Source: Chiloscyllium plagiosum (Eukaryota). From it: DNA of 64,000 bases. The stretch lies in NCBI RefSeq assembly GCF_004010195.1, contig NC_057718.1, positions 22,356,963-22,420,962 on the forward strand, written 5' to 3'. Position numbers and translations under genes: made by a program. This document shows positions 39,885 through 50,793 of this stretch, one piece after another. Under the pieces are notes generated by a model. That model made no database searches. It saw only the letters and a program-made list of their open reading frames with translations, and had not been told where the DNA came from. Numbering within the stretch: the first letter of the stretch is position 1; every line of letters starts with the position of its first letter.

Positions 39885-41282
39885 CCTGATAAACCTTTTC
39901 TTTATCCTCTCCAAAGCATTCACATCCTCTGGTGGTGTGGTGACCAGAACTGTATGCAATATTCCAAGCGTAGCCTAACTAAGGTTCATTAAGCTGCAGC
40001 ATAACTTGTCTATCCTTATACTCAATGCCCGTTCCATGTCATAGGCCTTTTTTACTATCTTATCTACCTGCTCTGTCACTTTCAGTGATCTGTGGATCTA
40101 CACATCCAGATCTCTCTACATATCAATACTCTTAACGATTCTGCCACTCACTGTACAATGATAGGTATCACTTATTAGACTACTCAATAAGATAAAAACT
40201 GATGGTGTTCGAGGTAATGTATTGACATGGATAAATGAGGGATGACCTACCAGAAAACAGAGTTAGGAGAATGTGAACATTTTCAGAATGGCAACCTGTA
40301 ACTAGTGCTGTGCCACTGTTATCAGTGCTGGGGCTTTAATTATTTGCAACATATGTTCATGACTTGAATGATGAAAGTAAATGCATTATAGCCAAGTTTG
40401 TGGATGACTCAAAATAGGTGGGAAAGCAAGTGGTGAGGATGACCCAAAGAGTCTACAGATAGATAGAAACAGGTTAAGTGAGCGGACAGAAACTTGACAG
40501 ATAGAATACAATGGGGAAATGTAGGTTGGGCAGGAAGAATAGAAGAGCTGAATATTATTTAAATGGAGAAAGACCACAGCAAACAAAGGGACAGCGGGAT
40601 TTGGGAGTTTTCATCCATGAATCACAAAAAGGCTAGCATTCAAGTTCAGTGGGTAATAGGGAAGGCAAATGCAATGTTAGCCTTAATTTCAAAAGGAATG
40701 GACTGTAAAAATAGGAAGGTTTTGCTAAATCTATACAAATCACTAGTCAGACCACAATTGGAACACTGTGACCAGTTATTGAACAAAAGATTTCCTGATA
40801 TTATGAGCAGTCCAGAAAAGATTCACTGGGCTGATACCAGCTTTAGAAGGACTGTCTTTATGAGAATGGGTTGAGTAGATTGGGCCTGTACTTGTTGGAA
40901 TATAGAAGAATGGCAGGCAACCTTATTAAAACATACAATTAATACATGACAGATTAGATGCAGAAAGACTGTTTCATCTTGTGAGGGAGTCTCGACCAGA
41001 CAGCATAACCTCCGAATGAGTGATTACACATTTAAGATGGTGATGAAAAGGAATTTTTTCTCTGAGCAGGTAGTGAATCTGTGGAGTTCTTTACTGCAGA
41101 GGGCCATTGAAGCTGTCATCAAGAATATTCTGAGACAGATAATCTTTTAATCAGTAAGGGAATTGTCGGTTGTGAGGAAAGTGAAGTTGAGGATTATCAG
41201 TTCAGCCATGACCTCATTGAATGGTGGAACATTCTGGATGTGCTGAGTGGTCTACTTCTGTTTCTACATTTGAAAGTCTTAT
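39885..41282. mobile_element. Old CR1-type fragments: minus piece at about 39885-40158 abutting a plus piece at about 40160-41282
   Basis: ORF 40563..40874 reads KANAMLALISKG..LNLYKSLVRPQLEHC; aagtttgtggatgactcaaaa is KFVDDSK. Confidence 0.75.
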
Positions 41283-41364
41283 TGGAAGGATGAAGCTTCT
41301 AAGCAGGACTGAATCACCCATGTAAAAGGATGTCAATTGGTGGTGTGGCAGGAAGACCATCGCT

Positions 41365-41599
41365 AAATTAGAGTGGTGCTGGAAAAGCACAGCAGGTCTG
41401 GCAGCATCTGAGGAGCAGGAAAATCACCGTTTTGGGTAAAAGCCCTTCATCAGAAATAGAGGCTCTATTCCTGGTGAAGGGCTTTTGCCCGAAACATCAA
41501 TTTTCCTGTCCCTCGGATGCTGCCTGACCTGCTGTGCTTTTCCAGCACCACTCTAATCTAGACTCTGGTTTCCAGCATCTGCAGTCCTTGTTTTTACCT
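41365..41599 (+). mobile_element. Palindromic PLE-derived insertion (inverted plus direct terminal repeat, plus tail)
   Basis: Arms 41367-41461 and 41463-41557 with a 1-nt spacer; exact 15-bp TSD aggaagaccatcgct at 41350-41364 and 41600-41614. Confidence 0.92.
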
Positions 41600-41737
41600 A
41601 GGAAGACCATCGCTGCCTTCTGATGATGTGATAATGTTTATTTGCAGATTCCTCTGTAATCAGAGAAAAAAAATAAGGCAACAGGTGCAAACATAAATTG
41701 TTGATATCTGACTGGAATAAAAATGTTTTTCATTTAG

Positions 41738-41859
41738 GCCATAATGCATCATGAAGGCCACATGGATGATGGCTTAACTCTTTCACGTTCCCAGCATGAA
41801 GAATCAAGGACAGCCCGGGTTATCCGCAGCACAGTGTTTCTCTTCAACAGGTTTATTAG
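41738..41859 (+). CDS. RYR2: RYR2 exon 14-equivalent (122 nt): [40 protein letters not shown](R)
   Basis: tttttcatttag|GCC ... ATT AG|gtatgc. Confidence 0.97.
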
Positions 41860-43352
41860 GTATGCTTTCTTTTGAGTATGAGTTGGTTCTTATAAACATG
41901 TACAGTAGCACCAGAGCAGATTTAAAGCAGTTTTCTAGAATCCCACAACTCCAAGTCATCTCTTGGATCACCTGATGGCTTGAAGGGCTTTTACTGTGCT
42001 GTTTTTGACTCTATTAATTCTGTGATGCTATTATTCAGACTTAAACGATATCCCCTTAACCCCAAACCCACAGAGTAATTCACAGACAAGACAAGATAAC
42101 ACAACTTTGCAGAATTATTCAGGGTCAGAAAAAAATAGGCGAGAAAGGTACAATTCCACTGTTGGTCAAATGTAAAAATTCATAAACTAGAATGCATTGA
42201 TTTCTCCTAGTTCCTTTGATCCCTTTAATGAAATCAAATTGCTGACAGCTACAGAATGATGGACGGTCTTCAGACCAGATTTCATATTCAGCGGGCAATT
42301 GTTAGGAGACCTGAGATTTGAAACTTCATCAGGTTTTCAAAGTATTTCACTCAGAGAGAGAGCTTTTCATTGGTTTTGCCTTAAGGCATGTCTCTTGCTA
42401 ACTGGGAGTCTCACAGAGAGAGAGAGAGAGAGAAAAGTTAAATCTTCTTTAACCCAGAAATGTTCAAATCAATCCATATTTCGGTTTTTCATAATCCATA
42501 AGTATACATGTATTCCTAACATTTTATTGCTTTTCTATAACATATCTCTGTTCAGTGTTTGAAAGATATCAATTTATTCATCATGGTTCAATCCCTCTGT
42601 CAAAACTGCAGGCAGCAAATTCATATTAATGCATTAACCATTTGTGTACTAATGTTGCCAACAGTAAGTTCTAGGCTTCATTAATATGTTGCTTGATACC
42701 TTTTGGACTGATGTGCCATGACACTTGTACTACAGAATAAGACACTATGGCTTGTGGCTTTTGGTTGCATTTGTAGGCAAAACTGCCTGTGATGCCTACA
42801 GTTTATTGGCTGGGCAAGCACTACATTTACTAAAGTTTCATTAAAATGTTCATGGGATAATTTTTGCATAATGTCTTCTCAACATCTGATCAACACTGCA
42901 GAGGCTCAATAGAAATAGAAAATGGGTGGTTTACATATTCTAAATATATGCAGAAGCGGTGTTTTTGACAATTCATTTCAGGATGTCCTTGAGTTTTTTA
43001 AAGCTATCACATTCTTTTAAGCTTCACCTCAGATACTAATTTGTGAGTTACCATGGGAGCTTGGGTAGTTGAACTCTCCCCACATAGGCGCAATCAATAT
43101 TCTATTCGGCATTCCTCTCCCTATGAACTTGGAGATGGAAACCTTGAAGCAGAATGGAAGAGGTTGCCAGTACAAGTTGACTGTAGTGTCCAAAGTTACT
43201 TCTGTGTGTTCTTTCACAGCTTTGTATACAATGGGGCCTTGCCAGGAAGCAGACAGGGGATAGCCAGCAGTAGTCCCAGTTGTAGTAAGAGACAGAAGAC
43301 TTGTCTGTCAGAGGACTGGCCGCTTAGACTTGTAAGGCAATTTGTACAGGAT

Positions 43353-43443
43353 CGAAAAGTGTGGCGCTGGAAAAGCACAGCAGGTTAGGCAGCATCCGAG
43401 GAGTAGGAGAGTCGACGTTTTGGGCATAAACCCTCCATCAGGG
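43353..43443 (-). mobile_element. Short PLE-derived hammerhead-bearing insertion (91 bp)
   Basis: Minus strand: cc, CTGATGG, agggtttatgccc, AAAA, CGTC, gactctcc...; exact 13-bp TSD atttgtacaggat at 43340-43352 and 43444-43456. Confidence 0.88.
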
Positions 43444-44114
43444 ATTTGTACAGGATGTCACATATAATTAAATGCTTCAAATATCCAAACACAACACATT
43501 TGCTTTGCGAAATGAATCATTAGCTCCATCAACCTGTAAATTCTTATCTCTCCAACTTCTTTAATCTACCTCATACCAACAAGCTGCCAGAACTCATTAT
43601 AGTATCAATCATACCTGATTTTGATTAACTCTTACAATGTGTAATTCAAATATTCTCCATGCACTTTGTCTTCACACTTCCCCTGACTGAAGGTATAATC
43701 TGATATTTCTAATTATTTCCCCAGTGGGAATGCAGTGAAGACAGATCTCCAGAGGCTCCATCACGACACCTGTTGAGAATGCTAGTGTTGCTATGCACTT
43801 GCGTTTTATTAATTGAATGAGTGACTGACTAGAGGAAGGGAAGAAAATAAAAGCAGGGCTTTACTTTTGTGTTGGGGATAGACTTTTAAATCCCTCACCT
43901 CAGTTATTTGGATGTCTCTAAATGCAAAATCTACCAGGCACTTTTCTAATGCTGTTAGTATTGTTGTCTCTTTTCTTTCTGCAGTTTCTGGTGCCAATTA
44001 TTACTCAGCTTTCCCCTCCCATTCGATAGGAAGCTGGTTCTCATGATGCTCTCACCAGCAGAATTTCTGGTCAAACCTCCTTTAGTATGACCTGCAGATA
44101 TGTGATTTAGAGCC

Positions 44115-44700
44115 AGAAAATCATAACACAGAAGCAGACCATTTGGCCCATTGTATCCATACTGTCTCTCCGTGAGAGCAACTCTGCTAGTACCCTTCCC
44201 TGTTTTTTCCCCACAGCCCAACAAATTATTTTTCTTCAGATAATAATCCAATTCCCTATTGAAGATCACAATTCAATCTCTGTCCATCACATTGAGGCAG
44301 TGCATTCCAGAACCCAACCCGTTCCTGCATAAAGATAGCTTCTTGATATGCTGTCTCTTTAAATTGTTGCCCTTTGGTTATTGAGCTTTGCACCAGTAGA
44401 AGGTTTTTCCTTTCTGTCTCTGTTCGGACAGACATGTCTGCCAAGTATCCTCTTAACCTTTCTTCTTGAGGGAGAACAGTTCTAATTTTGCCAAACCATC
44501 AGCATAACTGAAGTCTCTTATTTCTGGAATGATTCTTGTGAAACCTTCTGCAGTCTCTGCAGTGCCTTCGGATCCTTCCTAAAGTGTGGAGCCCAGAATT
44601 TGTTGCAGCATTCCAATTGAAGCTGTACTAGTGTTTTCCAAAGTTTCACTGTGATTTCCTAGCTTTTGTACTGTCTCAATTTATAAAGCTTAGAATCACC
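44115..44700 (-). mobile_element. Old CR1-type LINE 3' fragment
   Basis: Minus strand reads FMQERVGFWNALPQ and IFNRELDYYLKKNNLLG; CR1-like 3' UTR. Confidence 0.65.
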
Positions 44701-44862
44701 TGCCTTATTAAACCCTTTTTCTTTCTGTCCAAGGTCAAATACACTGAAGGAAAAAGGAGCCCTGATAGGGTCCACATTGTACTGGTGAGAGTATCATAGG
44801 AATCACCTTTGTTTTCAAATGAAACAAGCGCACGCAGGTTAATTAGAGACATGTCAGGCAGG

Positions 44863-44914
44863 AACCCTACCCTAACCCCAACCCTGCCCCTAACCCTAAC
44901 CCTAACCTTAACCC
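44863..44914. repeat. Degenerate telomere-like (CCCTAA)n tract
   Basis: aaccctaccctaaccccaaccctgcccctaaccctaaccctaaccttaaccc. Confidence 0.85.
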
Positions 44915-45205
44915 AGCAAGTGCTCCACACATGTCCTCAAACTACTGTCACAAAATTTGGGGCTTGTCAAAAGAATCGTCAGGCTTTTTTTTTTCTAATT
45001 AGAATTTGCTACAGCTTCATTGAGTACTTTGAAAACTTCTGATTGACCAAAATTCTGCTTCATGAAAGAAGTGAATTTCTATCAATTTTTATCAACTTGA
45101 CAAATTGTTCTGGCAGCAAGTTCACGTGATGAAAGTTTAAAACAATCATCATGATCATTGACATTAGGATTTATTTTTGTGGCTAATATTTGGCTGTATT
45201 TTCAG

Positions 45206-45389
45206 GGGCCTCGATGCTCTCAATAAAAAAGGGAAGTCCACAGCTATCGATTTGCCCATTGAGTCAGTCAGCCTGAGCTTGCGGGATCTGATTGGTTACT
45301 TTCAGCCACCTGATGAACATCTGGAACATGAAGAGAGACAGAACAGATTGAGAGCATTGAAGAACAGACAAAATCTCTTCCAGGAAGAG
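45206..45389 (+). CDS. RYR2: RYR2 exon 15-equivalent (184 nt): GLDALNKKGKSTAIDLPIESVSLSLRDLIGYFQPPDEHLEHEERQNRLRALKNRQNLFQEE
   Basis: tattttcag|G GGC ... GAG|gtaagc; lies within ORF 45177..45431. Confidence 0.97.
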
Positions 45390-45650
45390 GTAAGCAGCTC
45401 TCCTTTAGAGGCATTTGACTCCCATTATTAATCTTCGGATGATTTAATCTGAGGTTATGTTAATAAGTTAACTGCAAAAGAATCGAATGTACAATATACA
45501 GCTCATTTCTATTTGATTTGAAAACCTGTCAAATCGCTTTTGTGATAATAATACCAAAGTTTTATTGGCATAGAACAACCCATATTAAAAAAATGCTGAA
45601 AATTCAATATACAGTGATCTGCAAATTTATCTTCATACATTCACTTGCAG

Positions 45651-45786
45651 GGAATGATTAATCTAGTTCTTGAGTGCATTGATCATCTCAACGTGTATAG
45701 CAGTGCAGCCCATTTTACAGATGTAGCTGGGAAGGAAGCAGGAGAGTCGTGGAGAGCAATTCTAAATTCTCTGTATGAATTACTTG
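45651..45786 (+). CDS. RYR2: RYR2 exon 16-equivalent (136 nt): GMINLVLECIDHLNVYSSAAHFTDVAGKEAGESWRAILNSLYELL(A)
   Basis: cacttgcag|GGA ... CTT G|gtaagg; lies within ORF 45645..45866. Confidence 0.97.
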
Positions 45787-46151
45787 GTAAGGTGGATGTT
45801 TTTGATCTTTTATTTCCAGTTGATATATTCATTTCAGTAGATTTACGCGCAATCTTTTTCACTTGATAATTTAAATCAATAGTTATAACAGCAATCCAAA
45901 TCAAGGTGACTACTTTAATCATTTTCAAAATTACACTGAATCTTAGGGAACGTTATGGAAATAGCTAGGGCTTTAACAGATATCTTGGCGGCATTCTTGA
46001 ATACGGGGAAGGGCCCAGAGGATTGGAGAATTGCTAATGTTGTCCCCTTGTTTAAGGAGGGTAGCAGGAATAGTCCAGGTAATTATAGAACTGTGAGCCT
46101 GACGTCAGTGGTAGAGAAGCTACTGGAGAAGATATTAAGGGATAGGCTAGA

Positions 46152-46936
46152 AAGAGGAAGCTCAATTACTGAATACCAATTATCCGAAAATTGAATTATC
46201 TGAAGGAGATCTCCAGGTCCCAATAGACTACATCAAAGACATATTTCCAATTCTGATCACATCTTTTGTTTACAGTGATTAACCAGGCACCGTCTCCAAA
46301 TGACCGACCTCCCACCCTCTCTCTCCCCACACTTTCCCTGGAGCTCTACAGAGGGGTGTACCATAAACAACACCCCCCCCCCCAACCCCCCAAATAATCT
46401 GAACAACATTGTCCTGTACAGGGCAGAGGTGGAACCTGTCAAAAAGTTGCAGTAAAAAGGTGTGTGTGTGTCTGCGCGTGCGGATGCGTGCTTTGGAGAC
46501 TTACCCCACAAAGACAGCAGAAGCAGCAGTCTTATTGTTGGTGCCCAGTCCGGCTGCCCCAGAGAGGAGGTGGGGACAGTGCTGGACGGGGATGGGGGGG
46601 GGTCGGGTGGGCAGAGGAGGGGTAATTCTGGGCAGGGATGAGGGGGCAGGGGCAGTGCTGGACAGGGATAGGGGGGCAGACGGGGGGGTGGTGTTGGACA
46701 GTTGGGTGGGGGTGGGTGTTTGATGGGGGCAGGGGCAGTGGCGGGGGCAGGGTCAGGGTCTTGCGCGCTGTGTGCTTCTGCAGTCTCCTGAACGAGGAGC
46801 AGACTTTAAAAACTCTGAGCCCCAGAGGAAAGGCATTTAACCATTTAACCAAATAATCGATTATCCGAATGAAATAGTATCCCTTAGTATCCGAACGAAA
46901 TCAGCCCATCTCGTTCAGATAATCGAGGTTCCCCTG
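46152..46936. mobile_element. Non-autonomous Tc1/mariner (pogo/Tigger-like) element with a G-rich interior
   Basis: Left TIR aagaggaagctcaatta (decayed), right TIR taatcgaggttcccctg followed by TA; subterminal ttatccga repeats; TIR shared with the MITE at 50621. Confidence 0.75.
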
Positions 46937-47593
46937 TACACCCATTTGGAAGAAAATGGGCGTATCAGTGATAGGCAGCATGGAAGGTCATGTCTTACAA
47001 ACCTATTAGAATTCTTCAAAGAGGTGACAAAATTGATTGATGAGGGAAAGGGTGTAGATGTCGTATTAATGGTCTTCAGTAAGGCGCTTGATAAAGTTCC
47101 CCATGGTAGGCTGATGGAGAAGGTGAAGTTGCATGGGTTCCAGGGTGTTCTAGCTGGATAGATAGAGAACTGGTTGTGCCACAGGAGACAGAGTAGTAGT
47201 GGAAGGACGCTTCTCAAAATGGAGACCTGTGACCAGTGGTGTGCCACAGGAGTTCATGTTGGGTCTACTGTTGCTTGTGATCTACATAAATGATTTGGAG
47301 GAAGGTATAGGTTGCCTCATTAGCAAGTTTGCAGATGACACTAAGATTGGTGGAGTAGCAGATAGTGAAAGGGACTGATAGAGAATACAGCAGAATATAG
47401 GTAGATTGGAGAATTCGGCAAAGAAATGGCAGATGGAGTTGAATCTGGACAAATGCGAGGCGATGCATTTTGGAAGATCCAATTCAAGAGCGAACTATAC
47501 AGTAAATGGAAAAGTCCTGGGGAACATTGATGTACAGCAAAATCTGTGTGTTCAGGTCCATTGTTCCCTGAAGGTGGCAACACAGGTCAGTAG

Positions 47594-47727
47594 GAGAAAA
47601 TGAGGTCTGCAGATGCTGGAGATCAGAGCTGAAAATGTGTTGCTGGAAAGGGCTTATGCCTGAAACGTCGATTCTCCTGTTCCCTGGATGCTGCCTGACC
47701 TGCTGCGCTTTTCCAGCAACACATTTT
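47594..47727 (-). mobile_element. Palindromic PLE-derived insertion with its centre deleted
   Basis: Inverted tail and gaaaatgtgttgctggaaa fused directly to the direct arm gggcttatgcctgaaacgtcg...tttccagcaacacattttc; 16-bp TSD caacacaggtcagtag at 47578-47593 and 47728-47743. Confidence 0.88.
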
Positions 47728-47939
47728 CAACACAGGTCAGTAGAGTGTTCAAGAAGGCATACGACATGCTTTCGTCCATCACACGGGGTATTGAGTACAA
47801 GAGTTGGCAGGTCATGTTACAGTTGTATAGGACTTTGGTTCGACCACATTTGGAATACTACATGCAGTTCTGGTCACCACATTACCAAAAGGATGTGGAT
47901 GCTTTGGAGATGGCGCAGAGGAGTCTCAACAGGATGTTG

Positions 47940-48051
47940 AACCCAGAGAGAGAAAATGCTGGAAAATCTCAGCAGGCCTGGCAGCATCTGTAAGGAGAGA
48001 AAAGGGCTGATGTTTCGAGTCTAACTGACCCTTTGTCAAAGCTCTTTTTTT
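47940..48051 (-). mobile_element. Short PLE-derived insertion of a second family, with a decayed hammerhead
   Basis: Minus strand: A-run, GAGCT, TTGACAA, A, GGGTC-AGTTA-GACTC, GAAA, CATC, AGCCC; 14-bp TSD with one mismatch, tca(a/c)caggatgttg at 47926-47939 and 48052-48065. Confidence 0.8.
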
Positions 48052-48094
48052 TCACCAGGATGTTGCCTGGTATGGAGGGTGCTAGCTATGAGGA

Positions 48095-48378
48095 CAGAAT
48101 AAAAACAAAGAAAATTATAGCATAGGAGCAGGCCCTTCGGTCCTCCAAGCCTGCACCGCTCCAGATCCTCTATCTAAACCTGTTGCCTATTTTTTAAAGG
48201 TCTGTATCCCTTTGCTCCCTGTCCATTCATGTATCTGTCTAGATACATCTTAAATGATGCTATTGTTTCCACCTCTAACCACCTTTGCTGGCAATGTGTT
48301 CCAGGCTTCTACCACTCTCTGTGTAAAGAACTTTCCATGCATATCTCCCCTAAACCTTTCCCCTCTCACTTTGAGCTC
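48095..48378 (-). mobile_element. CR1-type 3' end inserted antisense in the host CR1
   Basis: The host reading ...agctatgagga | gaggttgagtagattagg is interrupted; the insert has a CR1-like 3' UTR and tail. Confidence 0.7.
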
Positions 48379-49999
48379 ATGAGGTTGAGTAGATTAGGAT
48401 TATTTTCATTGGAAAGAAAGAGGTTGAGGGGTGACCTGATTGAGGCTTACAAATTCATGAGACGTGTAGACAGGGTGGATAGCAAGAAACTTTTTCCCAG
48501 AGTGGAGGACTCAATTACTAGGGGTCATGAATTCAAAGTGAGAGGGGCAAAGTTTAGGGGAGATATACGTGGAAAGTTCTTCATGCAGAGGGTGGTGGGT
48601 GTCTGGAATGCGTTGCCAGTGTCTAAACAGATATATGAACGGGCAGGGAGCAGAGGTATACAGGTCCTTAGAAAATAGGTGACAGGTTTTGATAGAGGAT
48701 CTGGAATGGTACAGGTTTGTAGGGTCGAAGGGTCTGTTCCTGCGCTGTTAGTTTATTTGTTCTTTGTTAAAGGAGGTTGTAAATTAGATTGAGCTGGTCA
48801 ATAAGTAGGACCTTAATTTTGTGAAATATTTCCATATAGTGGATATTGATGGCCCTCTTCCTGCATGTATCATGGGCTTTGAGGTCCCATAAAACCCTCC
48901 TACAGTACTAGATTCACCATCGTATTGACTGGAATGAAGATGGGTGCAACCTTGGAAGGAGAATATGAAGTAACGTGTTGTGTGCTAATGAGTTTCTTGG
49001 AAATGTGATGGAGCTTGTCTTCTTTGCCAGTAATTATCTGTTTTATTTTGAGTATACACATATACATAATGCTTATACATACATATATGTAAACAATGAT
49101 TGCATTAGGTACTGCTGTAATTGTCTTCAGTCTGCATTTGAGAACAAAGCACTCCTCAAATTCCAAATCCATCTGCCTTCAATCAATACAGTACACAAAG
49201 CTGGTCTTTACAATGTTTCTGATGTGGAAGAGCCAAAACACAATTTTTGCCTTGTGACGTTTAACTGTCATTGCTAAAAGTGCACAAGCAACCAATTTAT
49301 TAGCTAATTTATTAGCAATGCTTGACAAAAAAGGTCGCATTAAAATAATTACTATCGCATGCATTGCTGGTGTGCTGAAGAATTAAAAGGCAAAGAGATT
49401 CAGTAAATAGTTATTATTTAGAGGCATGTAGGTAAACCATTGCAAATAGCCTATGGAATCTGAGTATATTCCTAACATGTTTGCTACATGTAGAAAACAA
49501 ATGTTAGCAACACAAATTGTTTATCATGATGACAAAGTATCTTTATCTCATTGAAATAGACTTGCAAGCAAATGAATGTTGGTATCATGCATTGAGGACT
49601 TTTTCGTAAATTATGAAGTTTGACCACTTTCTGATTAACCAAAACTGAATTATATTTTATTGGACCACATGTTGCACCAGGAGTGCAAACTGTTTCAGAC
49701 ACATTACATATCCTGTGCTTCAGAGTTTGTTTGTCATCGTGTTGTCTAACAAGATTGTTATTTTTGTAAGTCACAATGATTATTGTTTGTGGGCAAACCA
49801 AATGGTTATTTGACAATGCAGATCTTTATCTGACACACTCTATTACCTATTTTCCTTTTGTGGACTGGTCTCTGATATTCTGGTCTGAAGTGCCATTGTA
49901 TATGAATGAAAATTGTTAATGTTCCCATTGAGAGAAATGCTTTTTGAGGACATAAACATATATAAAGTTATGACCTAATCTTGTCCCATCTGTCTTTAG

Positions 50000-50095
50000 C
50001 TGCCCTGATCAGAGGCAATCGCAAAAACTGTGCCCAATTTTCTGGTTCCTTGGACTGGTTAATCAGCAGACTAGAAAGATTAGAAGCTTCTTCTG
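50000..50095 (+). CDS. RYR2: RYR2 exon 17-equivalent (96 nt): (A)[31 protein letters not shown](G)
   Basis: tgtctttag|CT GCC ... TCT G|gtatgt; lies within ORF 49981..50193. Confidence 0.97.
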
Positions 50096-50124
50096 GTATG
50101 TATGAACTCTTGCAATTTTTATTT

Positions 50125-50600
50125 TATTTGTTCACAAAATTTGACTCTCACTGGCTAGGTCAGCATTTATTGTCCATCACTAATTTCCCTTGAGAAGGTA
50201 GAGGTGAATTGCAGCCCATGGCAGGGTTGGAACACCCAGAGTGCCGTGAAGAAGCAAGTTTCAGGATTTTGAATCTACAACAGTGAAGGAGTGACAATAT
50301 AGTCCAAGTTAGACTAGTGTATGGCTTGGAGAGGAATCTGTGAGTGGAGATGTTCCCATACATTGGCTACCTTTGTTCATGCAGATGGCAGACATTGTCG
50401 ATTTGGAACTTACAATTGAAGGAACATGGATGAGGTGATGCAGTGTCTCTTGTAGATAGTGTGCACAGCTGTTCCTGTACAATTGTCAAGTAGGGATTGA
50501 ATGTTAAAGGTGGTGGATGAGGTGCCATTCAAGAAGATTGTTTTGATCAGGATGCTGCTGTACTTATTGAGTGTTGTTGGAGCTACTCTCTTCAAGTAGA
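50125..50600 (-). mobile_element. Non-LTR retroelement 3' fragment; related pieces at about 61790-62245 and 63175-63330
   Basis: Shared motif ...ctggct...cagcattt.ttg.cca.c.ctaatt.ccct.gagaa.gt.g..gtga... in all three copies. Confidence 0.55.
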
Positions 50601-50620
50601 GTTTAGCCCTGCTGATATTA

Positions 50621-50793
50621 CAGAGGAACATCGATTATCCAAAGGACACGAGCGGGGGCTATTTTGTTTGATTAATTGAATTCTGGATAATCGGATGCCG
50701 GATAACATAGTTTCGCCAAGCATCAGGACCTTATGATTTTGCTGGATAATCCGATGTTTGGATAACGAATGCCGGATAATCAAGGTTCCTCTG
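50621..50793. mobile_element. 173-bp Tigger-like MITE
   Basis: 20-bp TIRs CAGAGGAACATCGATTATCC and GGATAATCAAGGTTCCTCTG (18/20 match); TA on the left, CA on the right; internal ggataa repeats. Confidence 0.85.

Larger units (their letters stand above)
45945..48768 (+). mobile_element. CR1-type LINE (RT domain to 3' UTR) interrupted by four nested insertions
   Basis: PEDWRIANVVPLFK..NYRTVSLTS, RSCLTNLLEFF..FSKALDKVPH, KFADDTK, LYRTLVRPHLEY, RLRGDLIEAYK; colinear once the inserts are removed. Confidence 0.92.

Noticed and set aside
5561..43443. Hammerhead self-cleavage as the direct cause of the mini-elements' 5' ends
   Set aside because: The predicted cut follows GUC, 3' of the core, whereas the insertions begin just 5' of CTGA and retain the whole motif.
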